64,000 nucleotides of DNA from an uncultured Clostridia bacterium (GTDB lineage: Bacteria; Bacillota; Clostridia; Christensenellales; UBA1242): the NCBI GenBank assembly GCA_934757855.1, contig CAKVLR010000003.1:22373-86372 (forward strand). The letters run 5' to 3'. A model generated the notes under the pieces. It worked only from the letters and a program-made list of their open reading frames with translations, had not been told where the DNA came from and did not search any database. This document shows positions 47,092 to 56,265 of this stretch, piece after piece. Numbering within the stretch: the stretch's first letter is position 1; each line of letters opens with the position of its first letter. Made by a program: the position numbers and the translations under genes.

Positions 47092-47124
47092 AAAAAAAGA
47101 AAAAAGCACCGAAAATGTGCTTTT
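47092..47124 (-). terminator. terminator of the 57-aa gene (bidirectional hairpin)
   Basis: AAAGCAC (47103-47109) pairs with GTGCTTT (47117-47123). On the minus strand it is followed by TTTCTTTTTTTAT. Confidence 0.65.
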
Positions 47125-47136
47125 AATCTCCCCAAA

Positions 47137-47310
47137 TTACATTTGGCGTTCTTGTTCTTCTTCTTTGATAGGTTTTACTTTTCTAAGTTCGCTACCGTTG
47201 TAAGGAGCAACATAAACATTATCCATTATACCCAAAGTTGACTCATATTCCTTACCATCAATAACCTTTTTGTATCTTTTGCTTAAAACTTGTTTACCAT
47301 AAATACTCAT
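47137..47310 (-). CDS. hypothetical small protein (57 aa)
   Basis: ORF MSIYGKQVLSKRYKKVIDGKEYESTLGIMDNVYVAPYNGSELRKVKPIKEEEQERQM. ATG 47310 lies 8 nt after AGGAAG. It has its own terminator. No recognisable motif. Confidence 0.5.
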   Translation of the reverse strand: MSIYGKQVLSKRYKKVIDGKEYESTLGIMDNVYVAPYNGSELRKVKPIKEEEQERQM

Positions 47311-47387
47311 AATATTCACTTCCTATATAATTATATATAATATATAGCACAAAAATTCCACTAATTCAAGTATTAAACTCAAAATAA

Positions 47388-47416
47388 TTGTCAAAATCAT
47401 AAAATTATGATACAAT
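47388..47416 (+). promoter_or_regulatory. sigmaA-type promoter of the aldehyde dehydrogenase gene
   Basis: TTGTCA (47388-47393), 17 nt, TACAAT (47411-47416). Confidence 0.5.
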
Positions 47417-47481
47417 TTTAATATAATAAAACTAGATTTTGTATAGAACACTTACATTTTTTGACTTCAAAAGGAGTAATT

Positions 47482-48861
47482 ATGGAAATTAAAACAATCG
47501 TTGATACACAAAGAGAACTTTTTTTGACTGGTAAAACTTTAAGTTACAAATTTAGGTTACAACAGTTGGAATTGCTAAAACTTTCTATCAAAAAGCACCA
47601 ACAAGAATTGCTAAAAGCCTTTAAAACTGACCTAAATAAGTGCGAATTTGACGCAGTTACTACCGAAATTAGCCTAGCAATGCAAGAAATCAAATATTTC
47701 AAAAAGCACCTAAAAAGTTTAATGAAAAAGCACAGTGTGCATACAACGCTACTTAATTTCCCTGCAAAAGGTCAAATTGTACACGAACCCTACGGACAAG
47801 TGCTAATTATGTCACCGTGGAACTACCCTTTCCAACTAACGATAACTCCACTTGTCGCTTCTATCGCGGGTGGAAATACAAGTGTAGTAAAACCTAGTGC
47901 TTATACTCCAAATGTTGCTGAGGCAATCAAAAACATACTCGATATTTTCGACCCAGCATACATTAGTACAGTTATGGGCGGTCGCGAGCAAAATCAGGCA
48001 CTGCTCGACCAAAAATTTGACTTAATTTTCTTTACTGGTAGCAAAGAAGTTGGCAAAGTTGTGCAAGAAAAGGCTTCCGTAAATCTATGCCCTGTTGTGT
48101 TGGAATTGGGCGGTAAATCACCTTGCATTGTAGATGAAACCGCTGACTTAAAACGCGCGGTACGCAGAATTGTTTGGGGCAAATATCTAAACGCTGGACA
48201 AACTTGCATTGCGCCTGACTATATTTTTGTTCATCAATCTATTTATGAAAAATTTTTAGAAATGGCTGTTGAGCAAATCAAACAATTTTATTACCCTAAT
48301 GGTAAATTAACACCTGACTTTATGTACATTGTAAACGAAAAACACACCGAAAGGCTAAAAGGCTTGATTGACCAAAAGCGTGTAGTTTTTGGCGGAAAGG
48401 CAAAAGGTAGGCAAATTGAACCAACTATTATGCGTGATGTAACTTTTGATGACGCAATTATGAAGGAAGAAATTTTTGGACCCATTATGCCCGTTCTTCC
48501 CTACACTGACATCAAGGAAGTAATTTCATATGTCAACAAAAATGACAAGCCACTCGCTCTTTACTATTTCTCGCGCAATAAAAAGTCAATCAATAATGTT
48601 GTAAGTCTCACTAGTTCTGGTGGAGTTTGCATAAATGAAGTCATTATGCACTTTACCGAGCATAACTTGCCTTTTGGCGGAGTTGGTGCAAGCGGTATGG
48701 GAAATTATCACGGTAAAAATTCATTTTTGACCTTTACGCACTCAAAATGTATTTTAAAGAAAAACCCAAAACTGGAATTAATGGTTAAATACCCTCCTTA
48801 CACGGACAAAAAATCTAAATTTGTGTACTTTTATTTGGGTCACGACAGCAAAAATACCTAA
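47482..48861 (+). CDS. aldehyde dehydrogenase (class-3-like, NAD(P)+)
   Basis: Start at ATG 47482 after AAAGGAG. Catalytic motifs: LELGGKSP (Glu) and GQTCIAPDY (Cys). Confidence 0.9.
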   Translation: MEIKTIVDTQRELFLTGKTLSYKFRLQQLELLKLSIKKHQQELLKAFKTDLNKCEFDAVTTEISLAMQEIKYFKKHLKSLMKKHSVHTTLLNFPAKGQIVHEPYGQVLIMSPWNYPFQLTITPLVASIAGGNTSVVKPSAYTPNVAEAIKNILDIFDPAYISTVMGGREQNQALLDQKFDLIFFTGSKEVGKVVQEKASVNLCPVVLELGGKSPCIVDETADLKRAVRRIVWGKYLNAGQTCIAPDYIFVHQSIYEKFLEMAVEQIKQFYYPNGKLTPDFMYIVNEKHTERLKGLIDQKRVVFGGKAKGRQIEPTIMRDVTFDDAIMKEEIFGPIMPVLPYTDIKEVISYVNKNDKPLALYYFSRNKKSINNVVSLTSSGGVCINEVIMHFTEHNLPFGGVGASGMGNYHGKNSFLTFTHSKCILKKNPKLELMVKYPPYTDKKSKFVYFYLGHDSKNT

Positions 48862-49075
48862 ACTCAAGCAAAACTATGCGTAAAATCTTGTATTTACCTT
48901 ATTTTTGAACGAGTACTAACTCATTTTTGACAAAAATCTCGCCTCTCAGCGCGTTTAAAATCTCAAAATTTGCTCAAAGATTAGCAAAAAATATCATTTT
49001 TACTTAATTTTAATACAAAAAAAGACAAAGTTAGATTTAACTTTGCCTTTTCTATTTTGCAAGACCGCACTCAAA

Positions 49076-49273
49076 TTAACGAGTTTTACGGGCTGATGAC
49101 ACTGACTTAGTGTTCTTTGTTGCCTTGGAGCAAGTACGAGTTGCTCGATTGCTCGAACCCATTTCCGTGCCAGACTCTACCTTGCTAGTTGCGGTACGCT
49201 TTTTACCGCAACCGCAGTTACAACCACTTTTCTTTGTAGTCGTAGTAGATTTGCTAGTAGATTTTGTAGCCAT
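49076..49273 (-). CDS. small highly basic Ser/Thr/Lys-rich protein with CNCGCG motif (65 aa)
   Basis: Start at ATG 49273 (GGAGGTG upstream). Sequence: MATKSTSKSTTTTKKSGCNCGCGKKRTATSKVESGTEMGSSNRATRTCSKATKNTKSVSSARKTR. It has 16 Lys/Arg against 2 Glu. Confidence 0.55.
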   Translation of the reverse strand: MATKSTSKSTTTTKKSGCNCGCGKKRTATSKVESGTEMGSSNRATRTCSKATKNTKSVSSARKTR

Positions 49274-49579
49274 TAAATTCACCTCCACAATTCTTAGCGA
49301 GCGCTTGCAATAGTATTTTGTGTCGATTACTAAAAATCATACACATTTGTAATTGTAAAAGTTTGTAAATATTTTATAAATTTCATACTTTTATTAAAAA
49401 ATTTTACATAGTTAACAAATTTATTGTTAACAAATTTTCACTTTAAGTATTTGATTATTAAAATATCAATATATTGGAATGTAATTTTAAAACTGAATTT
49501 TAAAAAATAAAAAAATGCCCTTACTGACATTTCTTATTATAACCAAAACAGCAGAGAGTAGCGCTCCGCTATTTTTTTA

Positions 49580-51220
49580 TTATTCAATACTAATTAAGTA
49601 GTAGTAAACTGGTTGGTTACCTGGAATAACTGAAACTTCACAGTCAGGGAATTTTTCTTGCAATTTTTCACACAAAGTGTTTGCTTCCTCTTCTTTTACT
49701 CCATCACCATAAAATAATGTAATGTTGACCTTGTCCTCATTCATCATTTCTTCTACCAACTTGATAGTGGCATCGTTGACTAACTTGTCCTTGGCTTTTA
49801 TCTCGCCATTCGCAAGACCTATAATGTCGCCCTCTGTCAAATCAAAACCATCAATGTGTGTGGTACGCACTGCATAAGTCACAGCACCACTAGTCACGCT
49901 GTTGCGAGCAGTGTTCATCGCCTCTACATTTTCTTCCACAGTTCCGTCCATATTGAAGGCAAGCATAGATGAAATACCCTCAGGAATAGAAACGGTAGGA
50001 ATTACATGTATAAATCTCTTTGTTAGGTTTTTTGCTTGCTCGGCAGCCATAATGATATTTTTGTTGTTTGGGAAAACAAATACATGGTCGCTTGGCACTC
50101 TGTCCACTGCTTGCGCAATGTCATCGGCACTAGGGTTCATAGTTTGTCCACCTTCAATAATTTGGTCAGCACCCAAATCTTTAAATACAGCCTTGATACC
50201 ATCACCAGTTGCAACTGACACCATACCGAATGGTTTTGTATTTTGAGTAGCCTTTGCACGAGCCGCTTTTAACTCACGGTTTTGTTGAATCATATTTTCA
50301 ATCTTGACATTGTGAATTTCACCAAGTTCAAGAGCATAACCCAAAGCGCGGTTTGGCTCGTTTGTATGTACATGAATTTTAATTAAGTTTAAATCACCTA
50401 CACAAATTACAGAGTCACCGATTGCCATTAATTTTTCACGCAACCTATCAATATCTGAAATTGTAGTCTTTTTGTTCAACTCAATTATCATAAATTCTGT
50501 ACAGTAGCCAAATTGAATGTCTGCCAAATCTTCATAATTAATGATAGCAAGGTTGTCTTCAATTACTTTTGCTTCTTCTGCTTCTTTAATAGTGATATTT
50601 TCATCTTCATTTACTAAACCTTTGTAAAAACCATTAAAGATAGTAAGCAAGCCTCTACCACCCGCATCAACTACGCCAGCAGACTTTAATACTGGCAACA
50701 ATTCTGGAGTTTGCTCCAAAATCTCCTCACCTGTTTTTAGCACTTGGTCAAAAAAGCCCTCAAAGTCCGCGTGCTTTTTAGCGGCAGCCTCAGCACTTTC
50801 AGCCATTACACGAATGACCGTAAGGATTGTACCCTCTTTTGGAATTGACACAGCCTTGTACGCATACTCAGCACCGCTCTTCATTGCTTTTGCAAAAGCC
50901 TTTGTAGTCATCTCAGTTTGCTTGGCAATCTCAATCGACATACCACGCAATATTTGTGACAAAATAACACCCGAGTTACCGCGCGCGCCACGAAGCGCAC
51001 CTTTACCCAAAGCATCAGCAAGACTGTCAAAATTATTTGTAGGGCAGTCATTAATTTCTTTTGTCGCTGACTTAAAAGTCATAGACATATTGTTACCAGT
51101 ATCACCGTCTGGCACGGGATAAACATTTAAACTATCAATATACTTTCTGTTGTTCTCTAAATATATATTTGCGGCATTAACCATTCTTCTGAATGTAGCA
51201 CCGTTAAAACTCTTGTCCAT
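49580..51220 (-). CDS. DAK2-domain fusion protein (YloV family)
   Basis: 546 aa with Dak2 motif PDGDTGNNM and a C-terminal DegV-like/uncharacterised domain. Synteny with Asp23/YloU and rpmB matches B. subtilis. Confidence 0.9.
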   Translation of the reverse strand: MDKSFNGATFRRMVNAANIYLENNRKYIDSLNVYPVPDGDTGNNMSMTFKSATKEINDCPTNNFDSLADALGKGALRGARGNSGVILSQILRGMSIEIAKQTEMTTKAFAKAMKSGAEYAYKAVSIPKEGTILTVIRVMAESAEAAAKKHADFEGFFDQVLKTGEEILEQTPELLPVLKSAGVVDAGGRGLLTIFNGFYKGLVNEDENITIKEAEEAKVIEDNLAIINYEDLADIQFGYCTEFMIIELNKKTTISDIDRLREKLMAIGDSVICVGDLNLIKIHVHTNEPNRALGYALELGEIHNVKIENMIQQNRELKAARAKATQNTKPFGMVSVATGDGIKAVFKDLGADQIIEGGQTMNPSADDIAQAVDRVPSDHVFVFPNNKNIIMAAEQAKNLTKRFIHVIPTVSIPEGISSMLAFNMDGTVEENVEAMNTARNSVTSGAVTYAVRTTHIDGFDLTEGDIIGLANGEIKAKDKLVNDATIKLVEEMMNEDKVNITLFYGDGVKEEEANTLCEKLQEKFPDCEVSVIPGNQPVYYYLISIE

Positions 51221-51265
51221 TTAATCAACCTCTAAATTTTACAAAAAATAGGAAAATGATGTAAG

Positions 51266-51616
51266 TTATACCCTTACACCTATTACATTAATATTTACCG
51301 TATCAACAATCATTCCAGAAAACTCCTCCACGCGATACTTGACCGCTTTTTTGAGAGATTCTGCAACAGCACTGATTGATACGCCATATTTTAGCACTAC
51401 GAATAAGTCTATAAAAATTCTATTTGCATCTGTAATAACTTTTACGCCCTTGCCTAATTGTTGTTTTTTAAACAAGTCTGCAAAGTTATCACTTAGACCC
51501 TTTGATACTAGGTCCACAACTCCATAACAATCAAGTGCTGCACTTGCCGCAATTGTTGCTATGGCATCATCTGCAATAAATATCTTACCATAGTAATTTG
51601 TGGTAGTAACCGACAT
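51266..51616 (-). CDS. Asp23/Gls24-family envelope stress protein (YloU-like)
   Basis: 116 aa with an Asp23-family sequence (IADDAIATIAASAALDCYGVV...). Synteny supports the call. Confidence 0.85.
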   Translation of the reverse strand: MSVTTTNYYGKIFIADDAIATIAASAALDCYGVVDLVSKGLSDNFADLFKKQQLGKGVKVITDANRIFIDLFVVLKYGVSISAVAESLKKAVKYRVEEFSGMIVDTVNINVIGVRV

Positions 51617-51742
51617 ACAACCTCGCTAAAATCTTGTACATTGTACGGGAAATATTTTACTACTAAATGCAAGATTTATCAAGTATTTTTCCATAAGTTT
51701 TTTAGAAAATTGAAATGTTTTTAAAAAAATGTGCAAATAGGG

Positions 51743-51771
51743 TTGCAAAATTTTTAAAAAAATGTTACAAT
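51743..51771 (+). promoter_or_regulatory. sigmaA-type promoter of rpmB
   Basis: TTGCAA (51743-51748), 17 nt, TACAAT (51766-51771). Confidence 0.5.
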
Positions 51772-51837
51772 AGTTTATCATTTTTCAATAGATACACTAT
51801 TGGACATAAATTATGATTACACAGGGGGTGTTCTTAA

Positions 51838-52038
51838 ATGAGCAAAATATGTGATAACTGCGGTAAGACCAAAATGGCAGGAAATCAAGTTCACCGTCAA
51901 AGTCAATGGGTACAACGCCGTACCTCTACACCTAAGAATGTGAACCTTCAATCTGTTACAGTTACTGATGAAAACGGCAACACTTGCAAGAAAAAACTTT
52001 GCACCCGTTGCATTAAGAAAATGAAATCAGAAGCGTAA
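51838..52038 (+). CDS. rpmB: 50S ribosomal protein L28 (divergent)
   Basis: 66 aa. MSKICDNCGK..GNQV...NLQ...KLCTRCIKK fits the L28 pattern. It is divergent from yloU-yloV, as in B. subtilis. Confidence 0.8.
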   Translation: MSKICDNCGKTKMAGNQVHRQSQWVQRRTSTPKNVNLQSVTVTDENGNTCKKKLCTRCIKKMKSEA

Positions 52039-52047
52039 CTTCTAATC

Positions 52048-52072
52048 ACCACCAGAAATGGTGGTTTTTTTT
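52048..52072 (+). terminator. rho-independent terminator of rpmB
   Basis: ACCACCA (52048-52054), loop GAAA, TGGTGGT (52059-52065), then T8. Confidence 0.8.
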
Positions 52073-52081
52073 AAAACACAA

Positions 52082-52110
52082 AAAATCTACTACTTGTAAT
52101 AGTAGATTTT
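52082..52110 (-). terminator. rho-independent terminator of the spoVM-like ORF
   Basis: AAAATCTACTA (52082-52092) pairs with TAGTAGATTTT (52100-52110). On the minus strand it is followed by TTTTGTGTTTT. Confidence 0.75.
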
Positions 52111-52117
52111 TCTTTTT

Positions 52118-52198
52118 TTAACGCGCAAGTTGCTTGCTAAATATTAGTTTGATTAGCCCCCGCAAAAATTTAGGTGCTTTAAACACAATTATTCTCAA
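52118..52198 (-). CDS. spoVM: stage V sporulation protein M-like micro-protein (26 aa)
   Basis: Not in the ORF track. Hand translation from TTG 52198 (AAAGGGGA RBS 9 nt upstream) gives MRIIVFKAPKFLRGLIKLIFSKQLAR then TAA. B. subtilis SpoVM as I recall it is MKFYTIKLPKFLGGIVRAMLGSFRKD. Both are 26 aa and share M1, K7, P9, K10, F11, L12 and G14. The genomic position between rpmB and rpe is the same. It has its own terminator. Confidence 0.65.
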   Translation of the reverse strand: MRIIVFKAPKFLRGLIKLIFSKQLAR

Positions 52199-52252
52199 TA
52201 CCGCATATCCCCTTTAATTTTAAAGTACAATATGCTTTTAAACAGAATTTTG

Positions 52253-52924
52253 TTAATTATTTATTTCTTTCAGTTCGCGTATGAGTGCTACCCTATCGCT
52301 TGCGGTAAACATAGCACTACCTACGACCAATACATCAGCGCCTAGCGAAACGACAGAGCCAGCAGTTTGCGCATTTACCCCGCCATCGACTTCAATCAAA
52401 AACTTGTAGTCATTTTCCGCACGAATGGTATTAAGTTCGGCGATTTTTGACAGCGTGCTAGGAATAAAAGTTTGTCCGCTTTTGCCTGGTTCTACACTCA
52501 TTACAAGCACAATATCAAGAAAAGGCAGGTATTTTTCGATAGCACTTACTGGGGTTGTTGGTTTAATTGAAAGTCCAGCCTTGCACCCCAAATCGTGAAT
52601 TCTATTTATGGCATTAATTATCTCGATTGTGCCTCGTAGCGCCTCAAAATGCACAGTTATATTTGTTGCACCCGCTTTCGCGAAAGTTGATAATCTTTCG
52701 ATAGGATTTTCAATCATTAAGTGAACATCAAAAGTTGTGTTTACGCGTTTAGTAAGCAAACTCAGTACAACTTCATCAAAAGTCTTACGCTCTACAAATT
52801 TTCCGTCCATTATATCGCAATGAAACCAATCTGCGCCATCATTTTGGAGAGATTTTGCATAATCTACCAAATCATTTAGCGGACAAGGGTCACTGCTGGG
52901 CGCGATTAACACTTTTTTATCCAT
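52253..52924 (-). CDS. rpe: ribulose-phosphate 3-epimerase
   Basis: 223 aa with typical Rpe motifs (HCDIMDGKFV, HLMI, MSVEPG, VDGG). Confidence 0.93.
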   Translation of the reverse strand: MDKKVLIAPSSDPCPLNDLVDYAKSLQNDGADWFHCDIMDGKFVERKTFDEVVLSLLTKRVNTTFDVHLMIENPIERLSTFAKAGATNITVHFEALRGTIEIINAINRIHDLGCKAGLSIKPTTPVSAIEKYLPFLDIVLVMSVEPGKSGQTFIPSTLSKIAELNTIRAENDYKFLIEVDGGVNAQTAGSVVSLGADVLVVGSAMFTASDRVALIRELKEINN

Positions 52925-53777
52925 AAAGTTTTTTCTCCTTTTCTTTTGCGAGTTCGTAAAGTTTTAAGTACCTTTCATACCTCAAAGCGTTGATTTTACC
53001 CTCTTTGACCGCCTGCTTTATCTTGCAATCTTTTTCATATTCACCCAAATGATTGCAATCGTTAAATTTGCACTTAAACTCTTTAAATTCAGGGTAGTTG
53101 TCGATTATATCTTCTGGCGTAAATTCATCTAATTCGAGCGCATTAAAGCCTGGTGTATCAGCAATCAGTGCGCCATTGTGCATAACAAAAATCTCACTGT
53201 GGCGAGTCGTATTTCGTCCACGACCGATTTTACTAATACCACCTGTTTCCATTTCAATATCAGGCACTAACACATTTAAAATGCTAGTCTTGCCTACCGC
53301 CGATTGCCCAGTAAGTATGCTAAATTTGCCCGACAATACTGGGTTTAGCGTGGTCGCTGTATTGTTGTAATCAAGTGCAGACACAAGCACAATCTCACAA
53401 ATTTTGCCATATTGCGCTATCACTTCATCAATAAAGCCTTGCACGCATAGGTCTATTTTGTTGATAACTATCACAGGCTTTATATTGAGCGAAAAGAACT
53501 TAATTAGCATTTTATCTACTAGCAAAAAATCAGGTTTTGGCAAAGGCGCAATCACGATTAGTGCTTGCTCGACATTCGCTAGCGGTGGGCGTATCAAAAA
53601 ATTTTTACGCTCACACACAGCATCAATTACCTTTTGCTCCTTGTCAAATTCTACAAAATCGCCCACAAAAACTTTGTCATCTTTTAACTTTTTACGGCTT
53701 TTAGCCATAATAACTTCATTGTCAATCTTGACCCAAAAATTGCCACCAATGGCTTTTATTACTTGTGCTTTAATCAT
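52917..53777 (-). CDS. rsgA: ribosome small-subunit-dependent GTPase A
   Basis: 286 aa with an OB fold, a circularly permuted GTPase (NKIDL ... GQSAVGKTSILN) and a C-terminal Zn-finger-like CKFNDCNH. It overlaps rpe by 8 nt. Confidence 0.9.
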   Translation of the reverse strand: MIKAQVIKAIGGNFWVKIDNEVIMAKSRKKLKDDKVFVGDFVEFDKEQKVIDAVCERKNFLIRPPLANVEQALIVIAPLPKPDFLLVDKMLIKFFSLNIKPVIVINKIDLCVQGFIDEVIAQYGKICEIVLVSALDYNNTATTLNPVLSGKFSILTGQSAVGKTSILNVLVPDIEMETGGISKIGRGRNTTRHSEIFVMHNGALIADTPGFNALELDEFTPEDIIDNYPEFKEFKCKFNDCNHLGEYEKDCKIKQAVKEGKINALRYERYLKLYELAKEKEKKLYG

Positions 53778-53824
53778 AATTACCTCTTATTTTTATAAAT
53801 TAAAATGAATATTAATGCATAATT

Positions 53825-56020
53825 TTAAGACATATTGCTGGGGTTTGTTTCCACAAAAACCAGCGATTTTGGGTGCTTATCTTCGCTCACTGTATTGTAG
53901 ATAAAATCCGTAATTTCAGGTTCGGTGTCTAGCGTAAATCTACATAAAATTTGAAATCTATATTTTTTCTCAATTCGTGATACAGGCGAAGCCATTGCCT
54001 CGCAATACAAAAATTGTTCCCTATGCGCTAAAAAATAGTCGCGAATTTGAGAGTAAAGTCTTGCCGTTGTAGCACGAGCCTCATCTTTGTCCTCGCTAGT
54101 AATCAATACCCTAATTATCTTTGAAAAAGGCGGGAATTTAGCCACTTCGCGCAAATTTATTTCTTTTTCGTAAAAGCCTAAATAGTCATAATTTGAAGCA
54201 AAACGGTACACATAATGTTTTGGGGTATATGTTTGCAAAATAACTTTTCCTTCTTTTTCAGCCCTGCCCGCTCTACCAGCAACTTGCGTAATCAACTGAT
54301 AAGTACGCTCGGTCGAGCGAAAATCACTAAAATGCAAACTCATATCCGCATTCATTATTCCTACCAAAGTAACCGCAGGGAAATCGTGACCTTTTGCTAT
54401 CATTTGAGTGCCAACAAGTATGCAAGGTTTTGTTTTGCCAAAAGTTTCTAGCAATTCGTTTAATGAATTTTTATTCTTTGTTGTATCAAAGTCCATACGC
54501 AAAATTTTTACATTTGGAAAGTGATTTTGTAATTCTTCCACAACTTTTTGCGTACCCATTGCCCCCATACGAATATATCCACTCCCGCACGCGGGGCAAT
54601 TTGTGAGAGCCTTGTATCTACGATTGCAATAATGGCATTTTAGCAAGTTGTCCTCTTTGTGATACACTAGCGAAACATCGCAATCTTCGCATTTTGCTAC
54701 ATAACCACATTCCCTACAAATCATATAACTACTAAATCCACGCCTATTGATAAATAGCATCGCTTGATTTTTTTCAGCCACACAATTTTCCAATTCACTC
54801 ATCAGTTGTGCACTAAAAATACCGCTGTTGCCATTACGCATTTCATCACACATATTTACAACAGAAATATGAGGCATCGGCTTTGCGTTGGCACGATTCG
54901 GCAAGTTGTGTAGCACAATTTCTCCATTTTGAGCCTTGTAAAATGAGTCAAGGCTAGGAGTTGCACTCCCCAAAATCACTGGGCAATGGTTGTATTCTGC
55001 TCGAAATGAAGCCACCTCGTGAGTAATGTATCGCGGGTTTGATTCCGCTTTGTAACTAGGGTCGTGTTCCTCATCTAAAATAATTGCACCAATATTTTCT
55101 AATGGAGCAAAAATTGCACTTCTTGCGCCTATCGCAATACGCGCTTGCCCTGTGCGTAACCTCTGCCATTCATCAAATCTTTCACCATCGCTAAGCCCAC
55201 TATGTAGTATGGCAACGCTATCACCAAATCTAGCGGTAAATGTGGACAAAACTTGCGGTGTAAGCGAAATTTCAGGTACAAGCAAAATAGCAGTTTTACC
55301 CTCGCTCAACACTTGCGCGATAATTCGCATATAGACCTCAGTTTTACCAGAACCCGTTACACCAAATAATAAATGTACTTTGTCGCGTTGCGCCAAAATT
55401 TCATTTACTACCTTATCTTGCGCGGGTGTCAGCGTTACTTGCTTATCTTCCTTTTGAATTGTACTAGGCGCACGCCTTACGGCACTTGCGACCTGCCTTA
55501 TTACCCCTAAATCAAGCAATTTTTCTACATTGCTAGTACCATAATTTTTATTTAACTCAGTCCTTGCGTAAAGTTTGTCTGGGTGCAAATATTTGATTAA
55601 TTCGATTTGTTTTGTTGCGTTTTTTCGAGTACTCGCAAGCAGTTCTCTATCATCAAATTTTTCGGTCAATTCCACAAAATTTACATACAATGGCTTTGCT
55701 TTACCATTACGCAACGGCGTGGGAATAAACAAGCGCATACAATCCACATTTCGCAAATGAAAGGCTTTGCGCATTTTCTCATTTAAAGCCAAAAACTCGG
55801 ACAAAATTACGGGATAATCATCCTTTGCCTGTCCGAGTGTTTTGAGTAAATTTGGTGGACAATCGCTAGTTTCTTTTAGTCGCAAAACATACCCTTCGAT
55901 ATATCTCTTACCGAAAGGAACGGTCACCCTTTCACCCACGCGCGTATCATCTCTTGCTATATAATCAAAAACTTTGTCAACTTGCTCATTCGCAACATCA
56001 ACGATAACTTCGGCTATCAT
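53825..56020 (-). CDS. priA: primosomal protein N' (replication restart helicase PriA)
   Basis: 731 aa with [17 protein letters not shown] and a Cys-rich zinc insertion (CRECGYVAKCEDCDVSLVYH...CHYCN...CPACGS). Confidence 0.95.
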   Translation of the reverse strand: MIAEVIVDVANEQVDKVFDYIARDDTRVGERVTVPFGKRYIEGYVLRLKETSDCPPNLLKTLGQAKDDYPVILSEFLALNEKMRKAFHLRNVDCMRLFIPTPLRNGKAKPLYVNFVELTEKFDDRELLASTRKNATKQIELIKYLHPDKLYARTELNKNYGTSNVEKLLDLGVIRQVASAVRRAPSTIQKEDKQVTLTPAQDKVVNEILAQRDKVHLLFGVTGSGKTEVYMRIIAQVLSEGKTAILLVPEISLTPQVLSTFTARFGDSVAILHSGLSDGERFDEWQRLRTGQARIAIGARSAIFAPLENIGAIILDEEHDPSYKAESNPRYITHEVASFRAEYNHCPVILGSATPSLDSFYKAQNGEIVLHNLPNRANAKPMPHISVVNMCDEMRNGNSGIFSAQLMSELENCVAEKNQAMLFINRRGFSSYMICRECGYVAKCEDCDVSLVYHKEDNLLKCHYCNRRYKALTNCPACGSGYIRMGAMGTQKVVEELQNHFPNVKILRMDFDTTKNKNSLNELLETFGKTKPCILVGTQMIAKGHDFPAVTLVGIMNADMSLHFSDFRSTERTYQLITQVAGRAGRAEKEGKVILQTYTPKHYVYRFASNYDYLGFYEKEINLREVAKFPPFSKIIRVLITSEDKDEARATTARLYSQIRDYFLAHREQFLYCEAMASPVSRIEKKYRFQILCRFTLDTEPEITDFIYNTVSEDKHPKSLVFVETNPSNMS

Positions 56021-56028
56021 ATAACCTC

Positions 56029-56256
56029 TTAGTCAAGTTTATTTTCGTTTGGAACTACTTTTCCTTCAAATACCTCTTCTGCCGCAATAGCAATCACTTT
56101 TGGGTCTTTGTCATTTGGCTCACCCATTAAATATTCATTGTTCAACGCCTTGGCACGCTTTGCAACTAAGCAAGTAAGCAAAAACTTATTCCCTACCTTT
56201 TGAGTCAACTCATCAATAGGTGGCTCCATCATTACATAATCTTTTTCGTTTTCCAT
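56029..56256 (-). CDS. rpoZ: DNA-directed RNA polymerase subunit omega
   Basis: 75 aa. PPIDELTQKVGNKFLLTCLVAKRAKAL fits the RpoZ pattern. The start may be one of the internal Met codons (MMEPP). Confidence 0.8.
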   Translation of the reverse strand: MENEKDYVMMEPPIDELTQKVGNKFLLTCLVAKRAKALNNEYLMGEPNDKDPKVIAIAAEEVFEGKVVPNENKLD

Positions 56257-56265
56257 AATATTCTC

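Noticed and set aside
47320-47352. dif-like site (ACTTCCTA... resembles the left arm of Firmicute dif)
   Set aside because: Only the first 8 nt match. The expected right arm (ATTATGTAAACT-like) is absent, and ACTTCC is simply the complement of the RBS of the 57-aa gene.
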